Shown piece after piece: positions 1 to 8,910 of a DNA stretch of 64,000 bases (position 1 is the stretch's first letter; every line of letters begins with the position of its first letter). The position numbers and the translations under genes are program-made. The notes under the pieces were generated by a model. The model worked only from the letters and a program-made list of their open reading frames with translations, was not told where the DNA came from and did no database searches. The stretch spans positions 455,433-519,432 of the forward strand of contig JBMFRB010000001.1 of assembly GCA_049968255.1 (NCBI GenBank), read 5' to 3'. This DNA is from Candidatus Sumerlaeaceae bacterium. GTDB lineage: Bacteria > Sumerlaeota > Sumerlaeia > Sumerlaeales > Sumerlaeaceae.

Positions 1-632
1 TGGACGCGCACCACGACGGGATCAAGTATTCCTTCTTCCGCGTCTTTAAGCAGAATGATGCCGCGGTGGGGAGTTGCCACCTCCCAGATGATGTCCATCA
101 GCTTGTGGAGTAATTCGTTGAGATCCCAAATGGAGCGGATGGAGTCCGTCACGCGGTAGAGTACGCGAAGTCGCTCGAACGGATCATTGAGCTGGTCGCG
201 GCGGAAGGGCTCCTGCACGGCAAGTGGCTGCTGGCTTGCGCTTTCGATAAATAGCTGGCCAGGCGCACGAAGCTCACCATTAGATTCGAGTCTGACCGAG
301 CCCGTGGATTTGGTACGTGGGTCTGGAGCTTCGCCCTCGTCCGGATCCAACTCGAAAAGCAGAAGACAATCGCCAATCTGGATTCGATCACCACTGTGGA
401 GCTGGATTCGGCCAACAAGTGGCTTATTGTTGACTAGCGTGCCGTTCTTGCTGCCAAGATCTTCGATCACAAACCCGTGGCGCTGAGCCTGGATGACGGC
501 GTGATGGCGACTTACCCGCTTGTCAATAATCTGCACATCGCACGAGGCACTTCGGCCAAGTGTGACCGCGCTCGACCCCAGGGGGTAAATCATCCCTGCG
601 TCATGACCTTTCTCAATGATTAGGCGAGCCAT
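1..632 (-). CDS. FHA-domain protein with a downstream GAF-like region (3' end runs off the window)
   Basis: Not in the ORF track. Read by hand from ATG at 632: MARLIIEKGHDAGMIYPLGSSAVTLGRSASCDVQIIDKRVSRHHA...EDLGSKNGTLVN (FHA GR/SxxH/NGT motifs), then RLRVLYRVTDSIRSIWDLNELLHKLMDII (typical GAF entry helix). Frame stays open to the window edge. Confidence 0.85.
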   Translation of the reverse strand, partial: MARLIIEKGHDAGMIYPLGSSAVTLGRSASCDVQIIDKRVSRHHAVIQAQRHGFVIEDLGSKNGTLVNNKPLVGRIQLHSGDRIQIGDCLLLFELDPDEGEAPDPRTKSTGSVRLESNGELRAPGQLFIESASQQPLAVQEPFRRDQLNDPFERLRVLYRVTDSIRSIWDLNELLHKLMDIIWEVATPHRGIILLKDAEEGILDPVVVRV

Positions 633-755
633 CTTTCTGACTGTTTCTAGTAAAGAGAGAGTTCCTCTGGCAAAATAAAGAAGAAAAAATGGCCGGAAAA
701 ATTCAAAGTCGCTCGACCCAGTAATGAAGCAGTGCGCTCATGGCTACGCACACGG

Positions 756-1355
756 CTAATTGAAAGGGTGATCGCTGGTTCGCCAGATGTCACCGTTGCT
801 GACTGTTCCATTGGTGGGATCGTAAATCATGTAGTTATAGTCTGGATCCTGACCTGTGAAAATTTCCCAAGAAAACCCAGGATAGGCTTTGATGGGAACG
901 GAATCCTCGTCCAGATCAGGACCATTGGAGCTGATGGCGTAACGGTGAGGCGTTTGCAGGGGTGTGGCGCCCATTTTGTAAGCGAAGTGCCGCGGTCCCC
1001 AATCGATGTGGTTGTCTAGGTCCCAACGCTGCTCGAAGGGGTCGCGCGGAACATGTGTGAGATAAGCAATTGGAGTCGTCAGACACTCAAAGCGTTGCCA
1101 GCGGGGCGTAAGGAACGTTTCCGGATATCGTCCGTTATCGGTGTGGTAGACTTCCAAGGCGACGGCGATGGTCCGGATGTCGTTTTTTGCCAGCGCAACT
1201 TTGCTGCGAATCTGCGCTTCGAGAAAATTGGGGAGCGCGGTGGCGGCAAGTACGGAAAGGATGGCCACGACCACCAGCAGCTCGACCAAAGTCAGGGCTC
1301 GGCTCCTCGGCGAGTAGATGCTAGGGCAACTTACGGATCGAGTCAAATGGGTCAT
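756..1355 (-). CDS. Type IV pilin/pseudopilin-like protein (prepilin N-terminal methylation domain)
   Basis: RA|LTLVELLVVVAILSVLAATALPNF class III signal with Glu at +5; C-terminal YDPTNGTVSNGD shared with the paralog at 5738. Confidence 0.88.
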   Translation of the reverse strand: MTHLTRSVSCPSIYSPRSRALTLVELLVVVAILSVLAATALPNFLEAQIRSKVALAKNDIRTIAVALEVYHTDNGRYPETFLTPRWQRFECLTTPIAYLTHVPRDPFEQRWDLDNHIDWGPRHFAYKMGATPLQTPHRYAISSNGPDLDEDSVPIKAYPGFSWEIFTGQDPDYNYMIYDPTNGTVSNGDIWRTSDHPFN

Positions 1356-1930
1356 GGGGCGGTTTTCGTTGAAGTGGTTGTCTGGGCTGCCTGGCGACGC
1401 ATTCGTGATTGCTCACGAATAGCTTTCGAGGCGCGGGCCGCGTAGTCGGCCTCATCACCGTAGTACTTTTTCAGTTTCTGCGCGTTAGCCTTCTGCTTTT
1501 CAACTCGCGCTCTTTGCTCTTCGGCGCGTTTAGCTGCGAGTTCTTTGGCTCTGCTTGTGAGCTGCTCGCGTTGCTGTGGAGTCAGCACGCGGTTGACTCG
1601 AAATCGCAAGGTGCGAGGTTCAGTCGTCTCTTTCGCAATCAGCTCGATTTTCTGTTTTTGCTCGTCGGTAAGATTGAGTTCCTTGACGAGCTGCAGAAAT
1701 GCGGGAGGACGCTGCGATGCAGAACGAACTGAGCGAGGCTGAGTTGGACGCTGAACAGGGTTAGTTCGATTCGTCGCGGCCGCTCGTGTACGAGATGGTA
1801 CACGATACTGCACGTATTTGTATCCAATGTAAGCCCAAATGCTCCCGATCACGAACAAAAGGAAAAGAACCTTCCACGAGACGTGCAACCGCGGCGCCTC
1901 TTTCAGAACCCTTGTATCCAAGCGTGCCAT
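1352..1930 (-). CDS. Hypothetical single-pass membrane protein with a Spy/CpxP-like helical region
   Basis: N-terminal TM (VLFLLFVIGSIWAYIGY), LNLTDEQKQKI...VLTPQQR repeats resembling LTxxQ motifs; GGGGAG SD upstream of ATG 1930; 4-bp overlap with the pilin start. Confidence 0.65.
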   Translation of the reverse strand: MARLDTRVLKEAPRLHVSWKVLFLLFVIGSIWAYIGYKYVQYRVPSRTRAAATNRTNPVQRPTQPRSVRSASQRPPAFLQLVKELNLTDEQKQKIELIAKETTEPRTLRFRVNRVLTPQQREQLTSRAKELAAKRAEEQRARVEKQKANAQKLKKYYGDEADYAARASKAIREQSRMRRQAAQTTTSTKTAP

Positions 1931-2126
1931 GCGCAACTCCCCCCGTTGAAAAATAATGAGAGTGGGAGACCAATTCGAGATCCACCTTTTGCTGCTCTAC
2001 CCCTCTCCATCGTAATTGGTCAGCAAGGAATGGGCCAAAAGAAAGCGAAGGAAATGAGAAGCTGACAAAAAAGATATGGAGGGCAAGCTTTCCGCAAAAC
2101 AGACCTTCGAAGCAGCCAAAAGTGTG

Positions 2127-3854
2127 TCATGGCCGAACATGATAGAGATAGAACTCGAATGCGGAGTCGCACGAACGACTGTTTTCAGGGATGTCGATTT
2201 GCTGCAGTTTTTCTGCAAGGCTTGAGCTCCCAAGGCGAAGCGGACGTTTGGCCACATAAAGAAAGCCGGTCGAGGAAAGTTGTTTGGCCAGTTCGTATGA
2301 CTTTGCAATTTTGGTTCCGTCCCAGCCAGGGAGAATGACTCGGCTATAAAACAGCCGCGGGAACATCGTCGCCAACCAGCTCTGTTCGGTGACGATGGGT
2401 TCACCAGGGTCCGTTGCCGCCAGGAATTTTTCAAGGCGACTGATTTGGCGGTATTGGTGAACAAGCCGATCGAGATAAACGACGGAATCGGCGAGACCGA
2501 GCAGGACCAGGAAAGCGACCAACGCCTTCAGCGCACGATGATAGGGACCTTGGCCACCAGACCACAATTCCCTCATGACTGCGAATGCCGCCAGCACCAA
2601 TCCAGGATAAATCGGTAGCAGAAGTCGCGGACCGAAATTGAGGCCAACGGCCGAGCTTGGCACGCTCAGCGCTAATGTCAGAGCCAAGAAAAGAAGAGAG
2701 CAGACAACGACGGAGCGCAGGTTGAGAGACTCAAATCTCCCATGGCCGCTTCGCGGTGCGTCCCACAGGGTCAGCCCGAAAAACACGATTGGTGCCGATG
2801 CAACCATGGCGTTAACAAAATATTGTGATACTATCGGTTGCTTTGTATCCCATGCGAAAAAGCGAGTAACAATCGCGCCGAGGGTGCCCAGGGCAACAAG
2901 AAGGACTCTGTGCTGAAGCGACGATGCGGAGCGAACAAACGCCAGGCATCCTAACGCGAGCAACAATCCTGCGTCGGCCAGAGGCGCCCCCTGAACAAAG
3001 GCCAAATAACGATAGGCGACCCATCCCCTTGATGCGAGAGACCAAGTGTACTCCCAAGACTTACCACTCCCCGTGCTCGCACGGAAGAAAAGCGGAACGC
3101 CGATGACGGCATGATTCACCACCATGAGTGCGATCGCGCCCGCGGCAAACACGCCCGCTGACACTGCCACGAGACGCCAAGCAGGGCGCAAAAGTAAAAC
3201 TGCGAGAAAACAGCAAATCGCCCAGAGGAGATACTCCTCACGCATGACAAACGCCAGCCACAGCAAAACGCCCGCGCCAACAGCGCGTGGCAGTGAGGAG
3301 CGACGGGTGGCGTCGAGGAGATAGACTTGTCCCCACACCGCAAAAGCTAGCGCGGGAATAATGTCCCAAAAGATATAAACGTACGGGAGAATGGGCGTCG
3401 CAAAAATTGCAACAGAGGCAGGAATGGTCGGCCGCTCGAGGCCGCAAAGCCGAGACAACCAGATGATGCCCCAAAACAGCAAGATCCCAGTGAAAAGCGG
3501 CAATACCCGTAAGCCGCATTGACCGAAGAGCGCATAAAATGGGGCGGTCGCATAGCTAAACCACGGTGGGTACTGGGCAAACAGTCGGCCACCATGGACA
3601 AACGTCTGAATAAGGCCGAAGGGAACTAGCTCAAAGTTCGGATCGAGATGCTGCAAGGGATAATCAAGCCAGAACCCCCCAAAATGATGACGTCCCACGA
3701 TATTGATGAGTTGGAGGAGGCGCAAGCCGCAATCCACAACCCAAACGCCTTCGCATGGAATCAGGAAACCAATTGCAATGAGCAAGGCGCTGAGAGCACC
3801 TGCAGCCCAAATATTTCTGTCAGGAATTGGGCCCAGCTTGAACATCAGGGTCAT
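2127..3854 (-). CDS. Polytopic membrane protein, putative GT-C superfamily glycosyltransferase
   Basis: 575 aa, many TM helices, first external loop with VVDCGLRL and YPPWF, MREE motif, late GPRLLLPIYP motif typical of GT-C/PMT-like enzymes. Confidence 0.6.
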   Translation of the reverse strand: MTLMFKLGPIPDRNIWAAGALSALLIAIGFLIPCEGVWVVDCGLRLLQLINIVGRHHFGGFWLDYPLQHLDPNFELVPFGLIQTFVHGGRLFAQYPPWFSYATAPFYALFGQCGLRVLPLFTGILLFWGIIWLSRLCGLERPTIPASVAIFATPILPYVYIFWDIIPALAFAVWGQVYLLDATRRSSLPRAVGAGVLLWLAFVMREEYLLWAICCFLAVLLLRPAWRLVAVSAGVFAAGAIALMVVNHAVIGVPLFFRASTGSGKSWEYTWSLASRGWVAYRYLAFVQGAPLADAGLLLALGCLAFVRSASSLQHRVLLVALGTLGAIVTRFFAWDTKQPIVSQYFVNAMVASAPIVFFGLTLWDAPRSGHGRFESLNLRSVVVCSLLFLALTLALSVPSSAVGLNFGPRLLLPIYPGLVLAAFAVMRELWSGGQGPYHRALKALVAFLVLLGLADSVVYLDRLVHQYRQISRLEKFLAATDPGEPIVTEQSWLATMFPRLFYSRVILPGWDGTKIAKSYELAKQLSSTGFLYVAKRPLRLGSSSLAEKLQQIDIPENSRSCDSAFEFYLYHVRP

Positions 3855-4980
3855 CCTCTCGCGAGAGAGCTGCAGCTGAATCGGTTTGCTTGACCAGACG
3901 CATGATTACGAATCCCGCGTCCCAGGCGCATGCGTGCAAGTATGGGTCGCGCCATCGCAAAGCGACAACTTCGCCCCCAACAAGCATGGAATCTTCGAGT
4001 TGAGGAATCGCAGGATCGGCGAGGTTATAGAGCTGAATGCCGTTCTCATTGTTTGCAACTGCAAACAGGTCATGCGGGAGAAAGCAGATATCCTGGGCAT
4101 AATCTGGAAACTTGTTAACGAGGGAAAGTAGCTCCACGGGGGGCGATGTTTCGGCAATTTCAGTACGGGGCATCGAGATGGCATCTGTGCGAAGAATCGC
4201 AAATCCGCCATTGCGCAAGGCGGCCGCAAACAGGGGCGGCGCCGCTTGCACCGCTACGCAATAACCGGGGAGCGATATTCGCTGCAAAGGTTGCAGCAGC
4301 GCCGGATCTGCGACGCGGAACATCTCTAGTCCGCCCTCATCATTATTCGCCAGTAGAGCAAGATGCCCCGCTAGGCAGACATCTGTCGCATAGTCGGTGC
4401 CCAGGGTGAATGAGCTTACGACGTTTGGCGCAAGAGGGTTTGTGACATCGAGGATCCGGAGTCCTCCACCTCCGCAGGCCACAGCAGCATACGCCTTGTC
4501 TGCGTGATAAAAAAGGTGAATTTTGGTGGCAATCCCCTCGAGAGGAAGCGCGGCATATGTTGAAAGATTGTCCGCGCGGAGCGTGAGAAATCCGCGGAAC
4601 CGATCGGCCACAAAGAGATAACGCCCATCCGAACTTTCCACGATGTGCAATGGTTGCAAGCTGGCCGGCGGCACATGACGTAAGAGGCGTGGAGCGGCGG
4701 GACTTGAGATGTCGACTTCGCTCAGACCTTGAAAATTCTGCGCAACGAACGCACGATTGCCAACCAAAGCCACAGCTCGTGCGCGCTTGAGAGGAAGCTG
4801 GCCAATTTTCTCCAACTTCCAGAGCTCTTTGCGCTGCAGGCGAGACAACCGCTGCGGATGACGAGTCTCTGCGCATGAGGTCACCAAGAGTTCTGCAACA
4901 AGCAGAAGAGTTGACAGCGCAAGGCCAGAGAATTTCTGAATAGGCACGAACATAAGCGAATGGTGAAACATGCGTACCAA
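3820..4980 (-). CDS. LVIVD-repeat beta-propeller protein, probable lipoprotein
   Basis: Repeats such as GLSEVDISSPAAP, GLRILDVTNPLAP, GIQLYNLADPAIP; LLVTSC lipobox-like sequence. True start may be downstream. Confidence 0.75.
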   Translation of the reverse strand: MVRMFHHSLMFVPIQKFSGLALSTLLLVAELLVTSCAETRHPQRLSRLQRKELWKLEKIGQLPLKRARAVALVGNRAFVAQNFQGLSEVDISSPAAPRLLRHVPPASLQPLHIVESSDGRYLFVADRFRGFLTLRADNLSTYAALPLEGIATKIHLFYHADKAYAAVACGGGGLRILDVTNPLAPNVVSSFTLGTDYATDVCLAGHLALLANNDEGGLEMFRVADPALLQPLQRISLPGYCVAVQAAPPLFAAALRNGGFAILRTDAISMPRTEIAETSPPVELLSLVNKFPDYAQDICFLPHDLFAVANNENGIQLYNLADPAIPQLEDSMLVGGEVVALRWRDPYLHACAWDAGFVIMRLVKQTDSAAALSREDDPDVQAGPNS

Positions 4981-5449
4981 TGACGCAATTGCAATACTTC
5001 GCTCCGGCCCAAGACAGCCGAAGTGGTTGGTCCTCGGCTTGAGCTGGCTGGTGCCCGGCTATGGATTTTTTGTCCACGGACTTCGGCGTCGTGCAGTGGT
5101 TCTCTTCTTGGCGATCGAGGGGACCTTTGCCGTGGGCTGTTTTCTGAGAGGTGGCGTTTTTCTGCCAGAATTCCGCTGGGGGCATGAGGGGTTTAATATT
5201 GTTACTTTGCTAACATTTTTTACGCAGATTTTCAATGGTGGCGGCGCACTCCTGAGCCTTGTTCCTGAGATCCTAGGAAGCCGCTGGGCTATCTTGCCAT
5301 ATGATGAGGCTTCCTGCTGGGCTGATTTGGGGTCTTTTTACATGCTGGTGGCAGGTGGACTGAATTATTTTGTCCTCATGAGCACGTTCGACTACTTCTA
5401 CGGGAAAAAGCAGGCTGTTCAAGCCGATGCGATGGAAGGCGAGTCATGA
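4970..5449 (+). CDS. Hypothetical membrane protein (DUF6677-like)
   Basis: LSWLVPGYGFF...G motif, 3-4 TM segments, C-terminal VAGGLNYFVLMSTFD. Confidence 0.65.
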   Translation: MRTNDAIAILRSGPRQPKWLVLGLSWLVPGYGFFVHGLRRRAVVLFLAIEGTFAVGCFLRGGVFLPEFRWGHEGFNIVTLLTFFTQIFNGGGALLSLVPEILGSRWAILPYDEASCWADLGSFYMLVAGGLNYFVLMSTFDYFYGKKQAVQADAMEGES

Positions 5450-5637
5450 CGAGCGGAATAGTCTTTGTGCCGTCCTTGGTGTTTTTGATGTTTGTCCTGG
5501 CAGGCGTTTACTCACTAGCGCAGGAACCCTTTGCCCACCGCCGACATCTCGCGCGGCAATGGCTGCGGCGGAGCATCAAACTTGCAAGCGTTTTAGCAGG
5601 GATCATGATCCTTGCATTTTTTTTCAGCCGAGTCTGA
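5446..5637 (+). CDS. Small two-TM hypothetical protein
   Basis: 63 aa with two hydrophobic helices; ATGA overlap with the upstream gene suggests translational coupling. Confidence 0.55.
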   Translation: MTSGIVFVPSLVFLMFVLAGVYSLAQEPFAHRRHLARQWLRRSIKLASVLAGIMILAFFFSRV

Positions 5638-5647
5638 TTTTTTTGTA

Positions 5648-5676
5648 TTGACACCCAAAAAATGCTGCTCATAAAC
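5648..5676 (+). promoter_or_regulatory. Possible sigma70-type promoter for the pilin gene
   Basis: Perfect TTGACA at 5648-5653 with only a weak -10 (CATAAA/ATAAAC) 16-17 bp downstream; strong AGGAGG SD precedes ATG 5738. Confidence 0.35.
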
Positions 5677-5737
5677 GCGGGGTAGAATCGGGGCAAACCC
5701 GAAAAAATTCATTATTCCCGGAAAGGAGGGAAACGTA

Positions 5738-6415
5738 ATGAAGAAAGGCTTTACCCTAATCGAGCTGTTGATCGTGGTGGCAATCATTGCGATCCTGGCA
5801 GCTATCGCGGTGCCAAACTTCCTCGAGGCCCAGGTACGCTCGAAGGTCTCTCGTGCGAAGTCGGATCAGCGCTCGCTGGCAACGGCCATTGAGGCGTACT
5901 TTGTCGATAACAACCTGTATCCGGCTGCAGCGCGCGAGGGATCAGGCACTTGTGCTGCCCCGAACGCAACAGTTCCGGTCAATCCGGCGGGATCTGGCAA
6001 CTTCAATAAATATGCCAATCCATCGAACCCCAACACGCAGCTGCGCAACGTGTTCAGCTTTGCAGTGAAGGGAACCACGGCGATAGGCCTGCTGACCACC
6101 CCGATTGGCTACATCACCAGCTATCCGGCCGATCCGTTCACGGATACGAAGGGCGCAACATTCTGCTACTTCGCGAATGCGAATGGGTGGATCCTGTGGA
6201 GCCCCGGTCCCGACACGGACGAGGCCCAGGGAACAAACCTGGGGACCAACGCCAACCCGGGGACGAACGCTGTTGAGACCTTGTATGACGTTTCGCAGTC
6301 TCAGCCAAGCGTTACCCTCGTGGCAGGCATCGGCGGATCTCAGACCAAGGCGTTCACCTATGACCCAACCAACGGAACGGTCAGCCCGGGTGACGTTTAT
6401 CGCGTGAAGCAGTAA
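5738..6415 (+). CDS. Type IV pilin-like protein, candidate major pilin
   Basis: MKKG|FTLIELLIVVAIIAILAAIAVPNF canonical prepilin peptidase site; strong SD; own terminator; C-terminal YDPTNGTVSPGD. Confidence 0.92.
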   Translation: MKKGFTLIELLIVVAIIAILAAIAVPNFLEAQVRSKVSRAKSDQRSLATAIEAYFVDNNLYPAAAREGSGTCAAPNATVPVNPAGSGNFNKYANPSNPNTQLRNVFSFAVKGTTAIGLLTTPIGYITSYPADPFTDTKGATFCYFANANGWILWSPGPDTDEAQGTNLGTNANPGTNAVETLYDVSQSQPSVTLVAGIGGSQTKAFTYDPTNGTVSPGDVYRVKQ

Positions 6416-6444
6416 GCACGTTTTTGCAGAAAATCTTTAAAGGC

Positions 6445-6486
6445 GGCCGGGCGGCAAACTCTCTTGTCGCCCGGTTTACTTTTTCT
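6445..6486 (+). terminator. Rho-independent terminator after the pilin
   Basis: GGCCGGGCGGCAA-actctc-TTGTCGCCCGGTT stem followed by TACTTTTTCT. Confidence 0.75.
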
Positions 6487-6583
6487 CTAAGGCAATGTGG
6501 CTGCACTGACGTATCCCCGGCAAACATTCACCTAATTTCGCTTTACTTTCAACTTCTCTCCGCCCTATCCCAATGCCACTCTT

Positions 6584-7762
6584 ATGCCTCAGAAAACTGA
6601 CTCGATTACGTCCGTTGAGGAAAGCACCCATCGCCAACGTCGGTGGGGTTGTACGTGCGGGTGCCTCACCTTCTTGTTGGCGCTGGTCTTGGCAATTCTT
6701 GGATTCTTCTACGTCGCACTGAAGCCGTATCCCCTCAATAAACCCGACCGTTGGCTGGGCAGTGAGACCATCGGGTTTGGCGTACTAAGGCTTAGCTCGG
6801 CTGACAGCGGAATTTCGGACTTGTTTAGCTTTGTAGCAACACGACTGGAGGAGAGATGGTCTCGCGAGCTCAAGGAAAACGAGCGCACTGCCTTCCATTC
6901 ATTTATCACGCTTGTACGCCAAACAAGTGACTGGGTCTTCTATCCCCCTGTTTATCTGTATTTAGAGCAGCCAAGCGGTACAACTGCCGTGCGCTTCGCT
7001 GGCATTGCGCAATTCCGACACTTTTTTGGCTATCTTGTGGGACGTTCGCTGATCAACTCCCTCGGCCTTCCAGCGCGGACGGAATCGCCCTCGCTACTCG
7101 TCTATGACCTAGGCGGCCAGGAGAAGCAAAAGGCGGTGGTGGCCATCTCGCATCTGCGCCTGATGGTCGCGAATGACAATTCGTTGCTGCAGAGCATGGC
7201 CTCAGCGGAAAACACTCGATCAGCGAGCACCCCCAGTGAGCGATTTATGACTTACTATGGGGAACTCCATGCAGACAAACCCGCACCAGGCGAGGATCTT
7301 GGACTCGTGCTCGAGAACAAAGACAACGCAATCGCACGCGAACTGGAGAATGTGTTGAAAGCATGTGGCCAAAGCCTAGCGTGGGAGCGTATTCAGGAAA
7401 CAATGGCCAAATACAACGTGGCATTCGAAGATGTGCAGGGGCTGCGCCTCTCCGGGGATGTGATTTCAGCTGATCGAGTCAAATGTGTGGCCACGTTCTA
7501 TGTGGAACAGCCCCCTGCTTTGAAAAGATTTGCGGAAGCTGCGAAGCTTCTTGAAGGACTTTCGACACCCTCGGCTCAGAAATCTCCAGCTATTTTCACC
7601 AAGATTGAAACACAAGCAGGCCGCAATTACGTGAGCGTGACTCTCGAGCTAACAGGGCTGCGTACACTCTTGGGGACCTGGATTCAGGGCGGCGCCAACG
7701 CCACGGGGGCATCGAACTTAGCGTCGACCAAAACCGAGGAATCGGCTACGACCCAGCCATGA
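6584..7762 (+). CDS. Hypothetical single-pass membrane protein
   Basis: 392-aa ORF; RRWGCTCGCLTFLLALVLAILGFFYV anchor then a soluble domain; coupled to the downstream GT by ATGA overlap. Confidence 0.7.
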   Translation: MPQKTDSITSVEESTHRQRRWGCTCGCLTFLLALVLAILGFFYVALKPYPLNKPDRWLGSETIGFGVLRLSSADSGISDLFSFVATRLEERWSRELKENERTAFHSFITLVRQTSDWVFYPPVYLYLEQPSGTTAVRFAGIAQFRHFFGYLVGRSLINSLGLPARTESPSLLVYDLGGQEKQKAVVAISHLRLMVANDNSLLQSMASAENTRSASTPSERFMTYYGELHADKPAPGEDLGLVLENKDNAIARELENVLKACGQSLAWERIQETMAKYNVAFEDVQGLRLSGDVISADRVKCVATFYVEQPPALKRFAEAAKLLEGLSTPSAQKSPAIFTKIETQAGRNYVSVTLELTGLRTLLGTWIQGGANATGASNLASTKTEESATTQP

Positions 7763-8910
7763 AAAGGATTCGTGTTCTGAGGCTCATCACGTGGTTGCCC
7801 AAGGGGGGAATTGAGCGGAAGATCGTTGCAGTGCTGCCCCGGCTCAACAAGGAACTTTTCGAGCCGCACGTCTGTTGCATCCGAGAGCGTGGGCCACTGG
7901 CGGAGGACCTCGAAGCCAAAGGAATTCCCGTGCACGTCGTCCCTTTTCGCAGCCGGCTTCATCCGTGGAGCCTTTGGCAATTACATAAGCTGACGAACCG
8001 CCTGGCTATCGAGCTCGTTCATGCGCACATGTACCGTGCGAACACCCCCGCCACTGTCCTTTCCTTGCTTGGGGCCCCGTTCAAAGTCATCGGGCACTAC
8101 CATAATATCGACACCTGGGAGACATGGCGGCAACTCCAGCTCGACGCCTATCTGGCGCGGCAACGCGCCATGAATCTGGCTGTCTCGGAAGCAGTTCGCC
8201 GGGACGTCATGCAACATCTGAAGGTTCCAGGTGATAAAATCCGAACCTTACACAACGGTGTGGATACGCGGGAATATTGTCCGGCAAGCAATAGTGAGCG
8301 CGAAGCTCTGCGCTACGCGTTGGGATGGCCAAGCGATGCCTTGGTGGTCATGATGGCTGCGCGGCTCGTGCCACAAAAGAATCATCGGTTTGTTATCGAA
8401 AACGCACGCGACATTATTCGCGATTTTCCCGATCTGTATTTCGTGTTCGCCGGCAACGGCCCCCTTGAAGCCGAGCTCAAGGAGTTGGCGGGCCAATGCA
8501 GGGTGGCTGAACATATTGTGTTCCTTGGCCACCGCGATGATGTCCCCCAGCTGCTCGCCGCTTCCGACATGAGTATTCTCCCATCCAGCCGCGAAGGCTT
8601 TTCTAATACGGTGCTTGAATCCATGGCGTGCGGTCTACCAACGGTCGCGAGCGATGTGGGTGGCAACCGGGAAATTATCGACCATGGGTTGAACGGGTTT
8701 CTGCTGGAAATGGAGAATACGGGGGCAGGCGCCATGCCAAAAGCCACGCAATTCGTGCGTCTTGTCCGCAGACTTGCAGCCGAGCCGGAGCTACGAGCCC
8801 GGATCGGCACGGCCGCGCGGCAGACGGCGCTCCGGTTTAGCTTGGACGTCATGGTGGAAAAGACCGAAAAACTTTATCTCGAACTTCTGGGCAGAGGGCG
8901 AAGCTTATGA
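7759..8910 (+). CDS. Glycosyltransferase family 4
   Basis: GGIER N-terminal motif, ARLVPQKN, EGFSNTVLESMACGLP signature. Confidence 0.92.
   Translation: MKRIRVLRLITWLPKGGIERKIVAVLPRLNKELFEPHVCCIRERGPLAEDLEAKGIPVHVVPFRSRLHPWSLWQLHKLTNRLAIELVHAHMYRANTPATVLSLLGAPFKVIGHYHNIDTWETWRQLQLDAYLARQRAMNLAVSEAVRRDVMQHLKVPGDKIRTLHNGVDTREYCPASNSEREALRYALGWPSDALVVMMAARLVPQKNHRFVIENARDIIRDFPDLYFVFAGNGPLEAELKELAGQCRVAEHIVFLGHRDDVPQLLAASDMSILPSSREGFSNTVLESMACGLPTVASDVGGNREIIDHGLNGFLLEMENTGAGAMPKATQFVRLVRRLAAEPELRARIGTAARQTALRFSLDVMVEKTEKLYLELLGRGRSL

Noticed and set aside
5689-5730. c-di-GMP-I riboswitch before the pilin (GGGCAAACCC)
   Set aside because: Only the GGCAAAC seed matches; the GAAA-capped stem and GACGCAAAGC segment are absent.
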